A stretch of 64,000 nt of DNA from Takakia lepidozioides. Lineage: Eukaryota; Plantae; Bryophyta. Below the pieces are notes generated by a model. The model worked only from the letters and a program-made list of their open reading frames with translations, was not told where the DNA came from and ran no database searches. Positions 1-12,562 of the stretch are shown piece by piece. Position 1 is the stretch's first letter. Each line of letters starts with the position of its first letter. The position numbers and the translations under genes were made by a program. The stretch is from positions 38,626,001 to 38,690,000 of the forward strand of contig CM060732.1 of the NCBI GenBank assembly GCA_030704615.1, read 5' to 3'.

Positions 1-12
1 TGTAAGCAATGA

Positions 13-530
13 ATGGGGAAAATGTGCACTTCATATCCAATCTTTGGAAATGATAGTGAGCATAGTGAGCAGTTGCAGCTGGATTGCAATTGGTATCCTA
101 CCCATAAGAGTCCTCTTACTGAACAGACTGGTCCAGCAGCTCTCTCTGATCAGTTTGAGACAACACCAGAAGCTGTGACTCACGTGGACTCGAACCTATG
201 GTAGAGAGTATTTCAAGATATAAGCTGGCAGGTCAAAATCAACGTAACGAAGAAGTCTTCTGAGATATAGTCTGGTGTGACTTGTTGGGATTGTGGAGGA
301 CCTCATGTTAAGAAGGATTGCTCGGAGAGAGGCAAAGGGCCGACACAGGCATAGCCTACACAATTACAGTGTGGGCATTGTGGCAAGTATGGGCATGAGG
401 AGGCCCATTGTTATGACTTGCATCTTGAGCTACGGCCAGGCCAGTTCCAGGGGAACAATGGTGGCCGAGGACGAGGCAATGTAGTCCAGAGAGGTAGAGG
501 AGGTAGAGGTCGTGGTGGAGGTCATACGCT
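13..530 (+). pseudogene. Degenerate retrotransposon Gag-like region (two zinc knuckles plus RG-rich tail)
   Basis: One frame, broken by TAG stops at about 202, 268 and 352, reads CWDCGGPHVKKDC...CGHCGKYGHEEAHCYDLHLELRP...RGRGGRGRGG, typical of the Gag nucleocapsid region. Confidence 0.6.
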
Positions 531-559
531 CCTTCCTGTTCCTTCAGCACAGTGTTGGG

Positions 560-2183
560 ACTATGTCTCTCTCGCACACACAGCATGCCTGTCGGTCATG
601 TCATCACTTTCTCCTTGCCCGTGTTGCATGCGTCTCATGTTTCTTGTGTGTGTGGCCAGGAGCTAATGGACTTGTTCTTAGCTGGAGGGCCTTCAGAGCA
701 AAGGGGATGCCTAGATTGTTTGTTAGCAGTCATGCTGGACTCCCCCATCAACCAAAAGGTTCGCATCTTTCCCCCTATATGAATATCACATGCTTGACTG
801 TGCCTTTGAGGATCGATCTCCTATGGGAGACTAAATGTGGAGCATGTCTGTGCCCACTCATTAACCAGGAATGAGGATTTTGGAAAGTTGTTGCAGGAGG
901 GATAGGCATTTGGTTTGTATGAGTTTATTCATGGATGCCAGATGGTTAACTAGATTACAGATTCTTCCATTTCAACTTTTCTTGGAAGCCCCTTAGTTAC
1001 ATCAGGGCCTTCCCTGTTCTATGATTTAGGCGTCCCACAGAAGGCACCTGCCTTCTCCTGAGTTTGACGGGGAAAGGGTTCTGGTTACAGTTGCCATGGC
1101 TGCTACTTCTCTAAGCAACACTGCTGGTAGATGGAAGACTCTTCCAGAGGAATTGTATGCAGGTACTGTAATGAAGGCGTGTGTGTGCTGCACAGGAGTT
1201 TGAACGGGTGAATGGACTTGGCAAGATTGCAGATTTTTTAAGAAATGACCATCTAGATGCGACAATCAGGTTTGGATCTCCGGTGCATTGTCTTGTCCTT
1301 AAGGTTTGAACAGGGAGGGACACATTGTCTTGTTTCCCCTGGGTTGCTCCAGGATTTTCATGACAGATATATGAGAGCATGATCTTTCCCCATCCCCCAT
1401 GAACACATTGGTATGTAACTGATAAATTAGAGATGTTTGGGCTAGAAACAAGAAAAATGTGACAAAGATTCGATGATCTTGCAGGATAAAGATTGCGGAG
1501 TTCATTGTAGTATTGGTGGGGCATGTGCTCAGTCCGAGTAGACCTTCCAGCGGGGTACTTCAAGAGGAAGGACAGAAGTCGGAGAGGATGGCCAAATGGG
1601 CCCATCAAGCACTTGTGGAGGTGCTGGGTGCAGACAGTTCACCTGTGGTGGATGCCATAATTGAGGCTGGACCCACTTCGTTATTAGATGCAGAGCCAGC
1701 AAAGTTCATTGCTTTCTTTACAAGAGCACTTGCCAAGTTGAAGGAGGTGCCAGATGCAATCATTTATTAATGAAGGGTAAATTTGGATATTTCACAGGGA
1801 TGCAGATGTCTGTGGACCATCATGGGGTCCACACTCAAATGATCCCTCAGATATTTATGGATTCACAAAGGGATTTCCAGTGGAAACATTTAAATGACAA
1901 TTTAAAAAATGTGAAATCAAAAAAGCTTGAAGGAGGTTAGGCCACATTCCTACCCGAGCTGTTGGGAGTGACAAAAAGACTCTCATAACTTATCTGGGCA
2001 GTGATAGAGTGTGTGATGCATGTTGATAGTTTTGAACTGGTACAAGTTTTGATGAACTTTGGAATCCTTTATATCTGGGTGTTGATAGCCACCATGTCTG
2101 ATGTTTTGGGAGCACAAGCACAAGGACTGAGTCCTTCTCCCAAAAGAGTAAAACCAAGCTACTCTGCTGTTGGAAATATGTGA
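560..2183 (+). pseudogene. Degenerate long ORF of unknown family (possible TE accessory ORF)
   Basis: Protein-like stretches in alternating frames (SWRAFRAKGMPRLFVSSH..., LPSPEFDGERVLVTV..., QEFERVNGLGKIADFL..., KIAEFIVVLVGHVL...AKFIAFFTRALAKL, MKGKFGYFTGMQM...) separated by stops and frameshifts. No motif recognised. Confidence 0.35.
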
Positions 2184-2701
2184 AAGCAGGCACAAAGGCA
2201 GAAATATACTCACAAGACATTTGCCCCGCAGTTTGGGTAGATAGAGACAGAGTAAACCTAACTGACTGGGCTGAAAAAGTCTTCCTACTTGAGACTTCCA
2301 ACTTGAGACAAAGAAGTCTGTTCTTGGACTAACATGCCATACACATACTTCTGAACCAGAGAACAGGTCTTAGTTCTCCCAAAGGAGATATATGGTGAAG
2401 CAACTTTACTAACAGAACATTTGAGAGACAAATAACTCCTTAGAGCTGCAAAGTCTCGAAAGTAGAACTGGCTTGTGATAAAACTTTATGTGGCAATTCT
2501 TATAATTTGAGCACCAGCATACTCTGCAATTCAGAGTGGCACAATGCCAATGCCAAGAAAAAACCCTCTTTCAGAGAGACGAGAGGCTGTAAGACAAGCA
2601 TTCTGGAAATGAGTTTGGCTAAATTACAAATAAAATCATCCCAAAATTAGCAGTGAGCCTAAAAACGTCACCTGATAAAAAGGGACCAACTGAGTCACTA
2701 T

Positions 2702-5700
2702 TTAGTGCCTTTCACTGGAGTTCTCTTGTCTCAGAGAACCACATGCACGCTGTTGCAAAAACAGCTGAATAACCCGCCAGTAGCGTTCCCCACCACGCAG
2801 CCATGTATCCATGTGCATGCCTGTGGGAAATTCAACAAAAAATCGATTGGGGTTGTGTTGTGCTGCCGCATACAGGCGTCGCATATGAGCAGGAGGTACC
2901 ATTTCATCACAGGAACCCGAGAGAAACAGAACTGGCTCTGCAATCTGCACACCAACACAGAGAAAAATGTTTTAGTTGGTACATAAGAGGAAAGAAAGAA
3001 GAAGTTAAGTCTGTGGGAGACCTGAGCGACACGGTAGAACAACACAGGAGAGAGGAAGAGAGAAATGTACACATAAGACATTGTTTGCCGTAGCCTTGGC
3101 TCCATTGACCCTGCACCCAGTTTGAGCGGAACACAAAGGCACAGAACCTAGCTTTGTCAGGGGGGCGGGAGTAAGACTTACCTTGAAATAAACAATTGAT
3201 CCGGGTTTTCCAGATATCCTTTAGAAATCCCTTCACACAAGCATCAATCTGCTGTGTGTGGTTTGCCCAATAACTAGGCCCCAAAAGGGCCAGGGCTTTT
3301 GGCTCAGCCTCGAGACTTTCAAATTCGGTAAACACAGGTACAGGCACAATTCCCTTGATAGATTTGAGGAGAGCGTCCCTCTGGTGAGAGAACCCCGGAC
3401 AATGAACCAGAAAATGAATATTGTCTTTAAATTGCCCAAAACAATGGGCAATTGCACTCTCCCTTTCCTCTCTTCCTGCCCTGAGTTTAGTTTTCAGTCT
3501 AGTGCCAAGAGTGGGTAGCCCTTGAGGTCATCCATGACATCCTCCCCCATGTCACAGACTGGAAACAATTTCAGGGAAGTTTTTTGCCTAACTTCATCAT
3601 CAGACAATTTCCTCAACAGACATGGCTTTGGACACTACAGCCTCTAAGTCAGCCAGCAGGGTCAAGACTTGCGGATTGAGATTCAGATCCTTGAGAATCT
3701 CTTCTACGCTCTTCCGCCAGGACATAGGAAGAGAAAGAAGAGAGAGAGAGAGATTGTACTCATAAGAAGTTGTTTGCCGTAGCCTTGTGGCCATTGACCC
3801 CGCGCCCAGTTTGAGCGGGAACAAAAGGGACAGAACCTACCTCTGTCAGGGGCTGACGTTGGTAGTAAGACTTACCTCCATATATAGAATTAATCCGGGT
3901 TTTCCAGATATCCTCTAGAAATCCCTTCGCACAAGCATCAATCTGCTGTGTGTGATTTGCCCAAAAACTAGGCCTCAGGAGGGCCTGGGCTTTCGGCTCA
4001 GCCTCGAGACTTTCAAAGTTGGTAAACAGGGGTACAGGCACAATTCCTTGATAGATTTGAAGAGAGCGTCTCTTTGGTGAGAGAACCCTGGACAGTGTAT
4101 CAAAAAATGAATACTGTCTTCAGATTGCCCACACAATGGGCAATTGCACTCTCCCTTTCCTCTCTGCTTCTGTTTGCTGTTCAAAGGTACGCTTCCTGCC
4201 CTGAGTTTAAATTTCAGTCTAGTGCCGAGAGTGGGTAGACCCTTGAAGTCATCCAAGATGTCCTCCCCCATGTCACTGACTGGAAACAAGTTCAGGGAAG
4301 TTTTCTGCCTAACTTCATTTTCATCAGACAATCTCATGGCAACAGACATGGCTGAGGACACTACAGCCTCTAAGTCAGATTTATCCAGCAGGGTTAAGAC
4401 TTGCGGATCTAGGTCCAGGTCCTTGAGAATCTCTTCTACTCTCTTCTGCCAGGACTTAGCCTGTTTGACAGGGCGGTCCTGTTTCCAAGATATAGAGTCG
4501 ATTAACTTAGGATATCTGGTGTTGGGCATATATTGCAGCTGACCCCACCATCTGACCTTGAATTCATCTCGTCGGGAGCTTAAGGACGGAATGCCAAACT
4601 CACCCCGAACAGCCACATTGGCTGTTTTGGAGCACATACACTCCTTAAGCACCCCCACTTGAATGGATTCTAGAGACTTAGCCTGGTTGGAGTTATCAAC
4701 CCATATAGCAGATCCGTACTCCAAGGCAGGTCTAATAACATGACAAAGGATGGCTTTCTTAACCTCAGAGTTGACCCCTCTGCAGTGGAAAAATTTAGTG
4801 AGCCCCAGAGCTTTGCCCTTGCCAGTTTGAACAACTTTCCGGATATGTGCATCCCAATTACAATTGGAGGAGAACTCAACGCCCAGGTAAGGAAGGGAGG
4901 ACCGGGATCTCTTGGCTACCCCACTGCCACTTAAGATCACTTCCTCCCTCTCCTCTGTTGTTGAATGCTACCACTGCACATTTGCTGACATTAGCCTCTA
5001 GCCCCCAAAGATCAAAGTATCTCTTCGCGCAATCAATCAACTCCTGGAGATTGGTTGGAGTCTCCCCTATGCCTGCGAAGTCATCCGCAAACATAAGGGC
5101 TGGTATGGTGGTATCACCCACCCTTAACCCAAATCCCTCACTTTCCACATCCTCGAGGAGTTGCTTGATGAAAACATTGAAGAGCAGAGGGGAGAGAGTA
5201 CATCCTTGAGCTACACCTTGGTCTATGTCAAAGAAGTTGGACTTCTGTCCGTTAACAGTGACACAGCTTTTGGTGTGAGCATACAAGTTGTGGACAACTC
5301 TCCACATCTTTCCCTTGATCCCACAAGACCAGAGGCGGAACCATAGGCCATCTCTCCACACTGTGTCCTAAGCCTTTTTGACATCCAGGTTTCCCTTCTT
5401 TTTTCCTTCCCTGGATAATCTGGCTTAGAGTGAAGATATGATCCACACAGCCCCTGTTTCGCCGAAAGCCAGCTTGGCCTTCGTGGAAACAACCTCTAGA
5501 CTCCAGATCAACCTCGAGACGAGTACTTATAACTCTGCAGAATGTCTTGCCAGCAGCATTGAGGAGCATGATGCCACAGTAGTTCCCCGGTTCTTCTCTG
5601 TCACCCTTCTTGTATAGATTGACAATGACCCCCTGTCGCCAGCGAAAGGGGATCATTTCAGTCTTCCAGATAAGGTTAAAGAGGAGAACTAGGGCCTCTA

Positions 5701-7627
5701 TCATGGGATCGCCACCGCGCTTGATAAGCTCGTTGACAATACCATCAGGTCCACCAGCTTTATATCCATTTAAATGTTCAATTGCTTCCACAATCTCAGA
5801 AGAACTAATGGGAGCATTATAAGCCATTGAAATATACTCCAGTTCATCAGGGCTGTTTTGAATCATAGGAACAGTTTTTCCAACTGTGTCCCTCCATTCA
5901 GCAGAAGACCCCTCACTGTTAGACCTAGAAGTTCTGCCAAGGATACTGTAGTGAGTTTCAAAGGTTTTGACAATGTCAACCGATGAAGTCACCACTGCAC
6001 CTTTAGTAGTCTTCAGCGCTTGTACTTGCTGACCGTTTTTCGGCTTGTACAAACGTTGAAGGGCCAACCAGAATTTCTTGTCATTACCACCATGGTGGTT
6101 TGAGTTTATTTCACTGTATAACTTGTCCCAGTATAATTTCTTCTGAGACCTAACAAGCTGATTGATATCTTTACGGAGCTGGTAGTACCTCGCCCACAAT
6201 TCTCTGTTGGTTTCCAAATTGCAGCACTCTTTATAGAGGGCTCATCTCTCAGCTATCTTGAGTTTAATCTCATTAGTCCACCAATTAACTGCTCTACCGC
6301 AGACAATTAGTTTCCTCCCAATGATCTTGTCAGCCACGGAGGAAACGAAACTCTCCCAAGAGTCCACTGCTCTTTCGACTTCATTTCTTGCGTTAACAGA
6401 GCGTGACTGAAGTTCTTGGAGCGATTGGACAAAATGAGGGAGAGCCTCTTGCAAGGCCTGGACGTACTCAGCCTTGACCTCCTCATTGTGGAATTTTTCT
6501 ATGCGCCACTTCCGAATCGAACGTTTCACAGATCTCTTGGTGGTGGGAAAACACCTTTTGATCTCAGTCCAAACCAGGAAGTGGTCAGAGGTACCAATAT
6601 CAGTTCTGTCGATCAACACATTGGCACACTGGGGGAACAAAATTTTGTCCATTATGATATAGTCCACAATGGAACGTTCCCCAGTTTGGGATTTCTCACG
6701 AGTCCACTGCACTTGGTCACCTCTTGTCCTGTTATTCAAGGTCAAAAGCTGAAGCTCTTCTAGACAGTTAATTAACCGTCTGCCATTAGAATTCAGCTCG
6801 TCCTCACCAAAAGGTCCAATGATATTGTCCTGATGGAGCCCTTTGCCCACCTGGGCATTGAAGTCCCCCAATAGTACCACCTGACCTTTGGCAAGGAACG
6901 AAGCACAGTCCAGCTTTACATCTTCGAAGGCCTTGTCTGCGTCAGCACTAAGGGTCCCCTCTGTGGGCATGTAAACACAACCAACAAAGAGGTCCTTTGT
7001 ACTCATGCCGCCCTTCAGATTCAGTTTTAGCCAGATACTATGCTCGTACCTCAAACCCTTGTTGATAATTTCACAATTGTCAAACAAGAAATCACGGACA
7101 AAGAATCCGACCCCTTTTTGACCGCGTTGGCAGAGGCTGCCTTGAGAGTACACATCTTACCTGCCCATTTATAACCAATGACATCTCCAACCAGTTTATC
7201 CGACGTTTCCCATGTTTCTTGCCCAGCACAGATATGAATATCATTAGTCCGAAGAACTTGTCCCACTTCAAGTTGTTTTGTTTGGTTGGTCAACCCTGAG
7301 AAGTTCAAAGTGGCCAGCCGCAAGCCAGCTATTTGCGTGTGAATTGTTTGTTGTCTAGGTAGCTTGTGATTGCTCCTGGGCGGCCAACCGTTCTGCAAAG
7401 GGGGGACAATTACCCCATGTGTAGATTTTGCTCGTCTTGTGTAAACTTTGAGAATTGGTAAACCATTCAGGGTACCAAATCTTTCAGTTACACGAAGCAC
7501 AGGCTCCGCACACATAGGGGCAGATTGTCCGTCAGAACGCTTGGGGACAATTACCCCGTGTATAGATTTTGCTCGTCTTGTGTAGACTTTGAGGATTGGT
7601 AAACCATTTAGAGTACCAAATCCTTCC

Positions 7628-7682
<55 letters not shown>

Positions 7683-10600
7683 GCTTTGTGCACCTCTCTG
7701 ACTTGAGCCTGCATTTTTGACCCAGAAGGTTAATGCATTAATGACCCATTCAAGTGAACGGGATCGAGAGCTGCACCTGGGGGACAAGGTCGATGGTGCA
7801 CCATGGGGACTTAACAAACCAGTTGAGAAGCTTGGGCCCTCTGCTGCCACTACCACCCACAAGCCACTTCAGCACTGGGAGCATCACACTCGCCATATCC
7901 AGCACTGATGTGAATGTGTTCTCAAGTATCAAAGCAGACACCTGCAGCATCAGACCAACAGTCAGTGAACTTCTCCATCCCCACCTCAGAATCCACTTTT
8001 CTTCTCAAAGATCAGTTTTGAAATTGACATGAACTTCTTCCAGCTTGAACAGCTTTTTGTTTGGACAACGACATGAAAATACAAGAGCAAATTGCCCACC
8101 TTGCCTGGATTGTTCTTTACAAGAGCCGAACCGACAGCTCCGCCAAGTGATCGTCCGAACACGACAATCCTACTTGCATCTACGTCCGTTCTCTGTCTCA
8201 AGTGGTCCAGTGCTGCCTGCACACCGTGACATTGTATTAAAATTGCACTAACAAGTTTGCAGAGCAGTTTGGACAGGAAAGAACAGAAGAGAAACAATGT
8301 CTTCAGATTAATCTTCCAGATCTTGCCTTCTATATACTTGATATATGAGCTTGCTCTCCATTCTGGGAACAACTTTTGGTGAAAATGTGTACCACCAAAA
8401 GGGAGAGAGGAGGGACATATACTGACTACTGCAGACAACATTTAAGTGCTAGAAGTGACAGGTCTCAACGATATAAAAGCTAACTTCAGGCTTTATGTCC
8501 ATGAACCTGAGCATCAAGAGTGAGACCTGGTTGAGATGGAAATCCATCACTTGCTCCATATCTGCACACAAACATGAATGCTCAGAACAGTACTGGAGGC
8601 CAAAGCTTGGTACTATTCTTGATCTCATGGCTCTGCAGCTAAAGGTTAGAATCACGGGCTTCAATGGCATCTTGCTTTCGGGAGGAGATCAGCCAGTCCC
8701 TGTGAAAATACTCACGACTTGGTTACAGCACCTAACTGAAATAACCAGGGTTTACCAAATAATGAATTCAGAGAATAGCAAGGAAGAGGGAGAACTTGAA
8801 ATACCAGCCACTGTGGTGTTCACATTAGAGATCTAACCAATTGGTTTCACACGCATCTGATCAGCAAATCTAGTCACTAAGTAAGAGATTTCCTATGAGA
8901 CCAAGCCTTTCCATCATTGATGACAGTGTGAAGTTTACACCCGACCACCAACAAGTGGACATCCTGGGATTGAAATGGTAGTTGTCTGTGACTCTAGTTC
9001 TATTCATGGCTTCTGGATCCAATATAGCTGAGACATGGTTGACTTGTGATGGTAAGGCACTTTCTTGACTTAAACATGCTTTGTTATGTGCCATACTAAT
9101 GACCTAATGAAGACCAGCCATCAAATCATAAGCTGAGATCTTGGCTCGTAGCATGTGATTTGTGTCCTTTTGCCCATCAGGACTTCATTTATCAAAGCAA
9201 GGACTGCAACATTGGGATTGTACACTCCACAATAATGTGCAAAAAGGATTGCAAGCTAGCTTGACCTACAAAGCAGACCTGAATGGGGAGCACGTACCCA
9301 CGATATGAAAGCATGAAAACATTGCATCGTAGACGCTGTAGCATTATGTCCACAAATTCAAGCCTGTGTGCAATGTCTTTGTAAGAGGGTGGTTAAAGAT
9401 TACTTCTCCTCTCCATCCTTCACTATACTGTAGCAGTTGCTCGAAGGTTGAAGAATCTTTCTTACATTCATCTCTCCCTCTCTCTCTCACACTCTCTCGC
9501 TTCCCTTTGTGTTCCACTCAAACTGGGCGTGGGGTCAATGGTCACAAGGCTACAGCAAACAACGTCTTATGAGTACATACTCTCTCTCTCTCTCTCTCTC
9601 TCTCTGCTACGGCAAACAAGTCTTATGAGTACACTCTGTCCCTCTCTCTCTCTAGGCTAAGGCAAACAAAGTCTTATGAGTACATCCTGTCCCTCTCTCT
9701 GTGTCTCTCTCTCTTACAATGAAAACAACAGTTCTTTCTCTTTCATTTGACACCATTCCATGGAATATATATCATTTTCTCATCTGGACAGTTGATGGTA
9801 CAGTGACAGTCTTGATATGCATCTGACAACCACAACTCTTGTTTCCGTTGTGCATGTCTGTGCCAGAAGTTCTTTACACTCAGAAGACTACTAGAATCAT
9901 CTTGCATATACTCCGCATCTCTTTAGAAGGCCACAAACCAAATCATCCAAAAAGGAGGATACTGCCAGCATTCTCCTGAAAGAACAAAATGGTGGGACCT
10001 GCAAGCATAGGTGTGACAAAAACCACCTATTAAAACAAGGCAAGGGGACTGGGCAGATAGAGAGATGCACACACAAACAGGGTAAGGGAGGTGCACAGTT
10101 CTGGTCACACTAAATTTCGCCTTTGCAGCGTGAAGTAAGATATGTCTTTCCTGTTTATGTTGATGCACATGGCAAATGCGTATGCGGAACAATTCCCATA
10201 GGCTCAAAGGTGTAGGGCTCAGTTTCCTAGTAACACAGCTGATAGGGCACATAGTTTGCTGCTTACACCAAGTTGTTGTCAATCGATTAATTCAGCTCAC
10301 CATATGGTGGAAACCATGGGCTGCGAATAAGCTGCGCTGCAAAGTTTCAATTCCTTCCGCATACTTGTCAGCCTTAAGCTAGGAAGGGCACTGTACTATA
10401 AGAAACATATGCGGACTCCCCTCAAACATCAGTCATCGCAAGATTGCATTGACGAGCTGGACAATGGTATACACGACTGCGATCCTGGAGGTCAAGAGAA
10501 TCTTTAACTGGAGATTGATGCTTTAAACCTACATTTCAGAATCCGTGCTGTCTTCCTTCAGTGGTACCACTTTCAGTGTGCTTGCCGCAGAACAGGTCAA

Positions 10601-11005
10601 AACGTCTGCTTCATCTAATCGGGGGTGAGCTGGCTGGCTATTTCTTCCGGGAGCAAACCTACTCGTCTACTTGAACAACCCTAAAGATCCAGGTTTCCCA
10701 GCAGGAGAAGGGAATAGACCGGAAGTACCTCGAACTTCAGGGTGAGCCTTAATGAACCAGGAATGGAGGCGAACACCATCAGCAGATTCCAGCCACACAT
10801 CTTCGTAGCGGAGATTGAGCCGTGCGGGGGTGATTGGGTAACCCTTGCTCATGCCCGGAATGACAGGAACATACACCAGCTTCTCTTGGAATGTCACCAG
10901 AAGCACCACAATTGCGCATGAAAGCCCACCCAAGCCACACAGCAAGCCAGTCAACCAATTCCCCATACCTCCCGATTTACCTGCCCCGCTCCCCGCCATC
11001 TCCAT
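2702..11005 (-). CDS. WAV2: Alpha/beta hydrolase, WAV2/ABHD13 (BEM46) family, about 323 aa
   Basis: Seven phase-consistent GT-AG exons: 11005-10729, 9998-9963, 9376-9298, 8561-8507, 8216-8100, 7941-7777, 2944-2702. Motifs: N-terminal TM, FQEKLVYVP, FQENAGNIAHRL, GRSLGG (Ser), DEMVP (Asp), GMHMDTW (His). The start could instead be the ATG at 10999 or 10966. Confidence 0.93.
3045..3721 (-). mobile_element. Internally deleted 3' fragment of RTE/RTEX-like LINE
   Basis: Homologous to 3760-4450; ends ...CAATGTCTTATGTGTACA plus a pyrimidine/(TC) tail; lies in the last WAV2 intron. Confidence 0.85.
3727..7629 (-). mobile_element. Near full-length non-LTR retrotransposon (APE-RT-CCHC, RTE/RTEX-like), frameshifted
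   Basis: APE motifs (ATLNFSGL, GQET, LGDFNA, IVDYI, SDH), RT motifs (QAGFRRNR, VAQGCTLSPLLF, LMFADD) and C-terminal CPLCGQSEDSIHFLIHC. Stop is followed by GTACAA and a (TC)n tail; the 5' side abuts (GA)n at 7631-7678. Confidence 0.92.
7631..7678. repeat. (GA)n/(TC)n microsatellite at the LINE 5' junction
   Basis: About 24 AG units seen directly. Confidence 0.95.
9377..9962 (-). other. Probable U12-type (minor spliceosome) GT-AG intron, WAV2 intron 2
   Basis: Donor GTATCCTCC (consensus RTATCCTTT); branch-site-like TCTTTAAC (9399-9392) about 15 nt before the AAG acceptor, with no strong polypyrimidine tract. Confidence 0.7.
9500..9715 (+). mobile_element. Three tandem ultra-short LINE 3' termini separated by (CT)n tracts
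   Basis: GCAAACAA..GTCTTATGAGTACA occurs at about 9555, 9612 and 9662, each followed by a CT-rich tract. Confidence 0.85.
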
Positions 11006-11365
11006 GATATGAAACTCCTCCCCTTCTCCGAATGTGATCAGAGTCCCACACAAGAGCAGCAAAACAGTGAGCTCAACAACGCTGCCCTCCTTCACTCGTA
11101 CTGAGGATCTAACCCTGTGCTACCCCTCCATCCCAACTGCTCGTCCTCCGCTTCCCATATCACTTGTGGCATGAAACGAGAGAAACCCACCTAGAATTCC
11201 TTCCATACTACAACAATCCTGAGGCACCCATTGCGAAAAACAACACTACGATCGAGGGGATGCCATCCCCAACAACCTCCGCACACGCAAGTCTCACAGG
11301 GACGAGAGAGAGCGAGGAAGACGGTGGCCTTGGATGGATGAACTAGTTCAGCGAGAAAGCCTGTC

Positions 11366-11397
<32 letters not shown>

Positions 11398-11716
11398 ATC
11401 GATTTGAAGGTTTAAGAAGAATCGGTGGTGGGTGTGCCCTATTCTGGGCTGCGAGGATTCCATCCACAGTTCTTTGTGAGAAGATCTTCCCAGACATTTC
11501 TTTGAGCATTCGGACTGAATCGCTGTCTGAGGAGGGGATTTCTTCACTCAGATACGCGCTAGATTGTTAGTTGAAGAGATAGACCTGAAGTTTGGGATTC
11601 GAGATTTTACTGGATAGATTTGTGGACAGGGACAGGATTTAGGAATCAGTCTGTGTGCTGTTGTATCTGGAGCGTATCGAGAGAGAGAGAGAGAGAGCAA
11701 ATTTGCATTTGTGAAG
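11006..11716. promoter_or_regulatory. Putative bidirectional promoter/UTR region between WAV2 and prohibitin, with (CT)n and (GA)n tracts
   Basis: Divergent ATGs about 710 bp apart; (CT)n at about 11366-11392 and (GA)n at about 11678-11697. Function is inferred. Confidence 0.45.
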
Positions 11717-12562
11717 ATGAGTGCTCCCCGGGCTGCCAATCGGCTGAACGACTTGGCAAGAGCAGCTGTGGGTCTGGGACTGGCGGGGAGCGCGCTCAGC
11801 TCATCGCTGTACACGGTGGACGGGGGGTTTCGGGCCGTTATCTTTGACAGGTTAAGAGGGGTTATAGATGAGACGACTGGAGAGGGAACCCACTTTGTGA
11901 TTCCTGTGTTGCAAAAGCCCTACATCTTTGAAGTTCGGACAAGGCCGCGGTCTATTTCCACAGTGACAGGAACGAAGGATCTGCAGATGGTAAACCTGAC
12001 ACTGCGGGTATTGTCCAGACCAGATCCGGAGCGGCTCCCCACTATCTTCAAAACTCTGGGGACCGATTATGATGAGAAAGTGCTTCCTTCGATTGGTAAC
12101 GAGGTGTTGAAGGCTGTGGTGGCCCAGTTCAATGCAGACCAGCTCTTGACGGAGAGGCCCTATGTGTCAGCGATGGTGCGCGACGGGCTCCTGAAAAGAG
12201 CGAAAGATTTCAATATTCTGCTAGATGATGTTGCCATCACTCACCTGTCGTACGGAGCAGAATTTTCACGCGCCGTGGAGCAGAAACAAGTTGCGCAGCA
12301 GGAGGCTGAAAGATCCAAGTTTGTGGTGGCAAAGACGGAGCAGGAAACGAGGGCAGCGATTGTTCGAGCTGAAGGGGAGGCCCAGGCGGCAAAACTCATC
12401 TCCGAGGCAACAAAAATTGCTGGAATAGGCCTTATCGAGCTCCGGCACATCGAAGCTGCAAGGGAGATTGCCGCGACGCTCGCCAAGACCAGGAATGTGG
12501 CCTACTTGCCGTCAGGAAACAACATTCTGATGGGCATCAACCCCACTTTTGGAAACAACTAG
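11717..12562 (+). CDS. PHB: Prohibitin (PHB3/PHB4-like, SPFH domain), 281 aa, single coding exon
   Basis: [69 protein letters not shown]; first ATG at 11717. Confidence 0.95.
   Translation: MSAPRAANRLNDLARAAVGLGLAGSALSSSLYTVDGGFRAVIFDRLRGVIDETTGEGTHFVIPVLQKPYIFEVRTRPRSISTVTGTKDLQMVNLTLRVLSRPDPERLPTIFKTLGTDYDEKVLPSIGNEVLKAVVAQFNADQLLTERPYVSAMVRDGLLKRAKDFNILLDDVAITHLSYGAEFSRAVEQKQVAQQEAERSKFVVAKTEQETRAAIVRAEGEAQAAKLISEATKIAGIGLIELRHIEAAREIAATLAKTRNVAYLPSGNNILMGINPTFGNN

Noticed and set aside
9500-9715. CRISPR-like repeat-spacer array
   Set aside because: The repeats are LINE 3' ends, the spacers are microsatellite, the context is eukaryotic and there are no cas genes.
11006-11095. GTG-initiated hydrophobic N-terminal extension of WAV2
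   Set aside because: Non-ATG start from the ORF caller; the family N-terminal TM already follows the ATGs.
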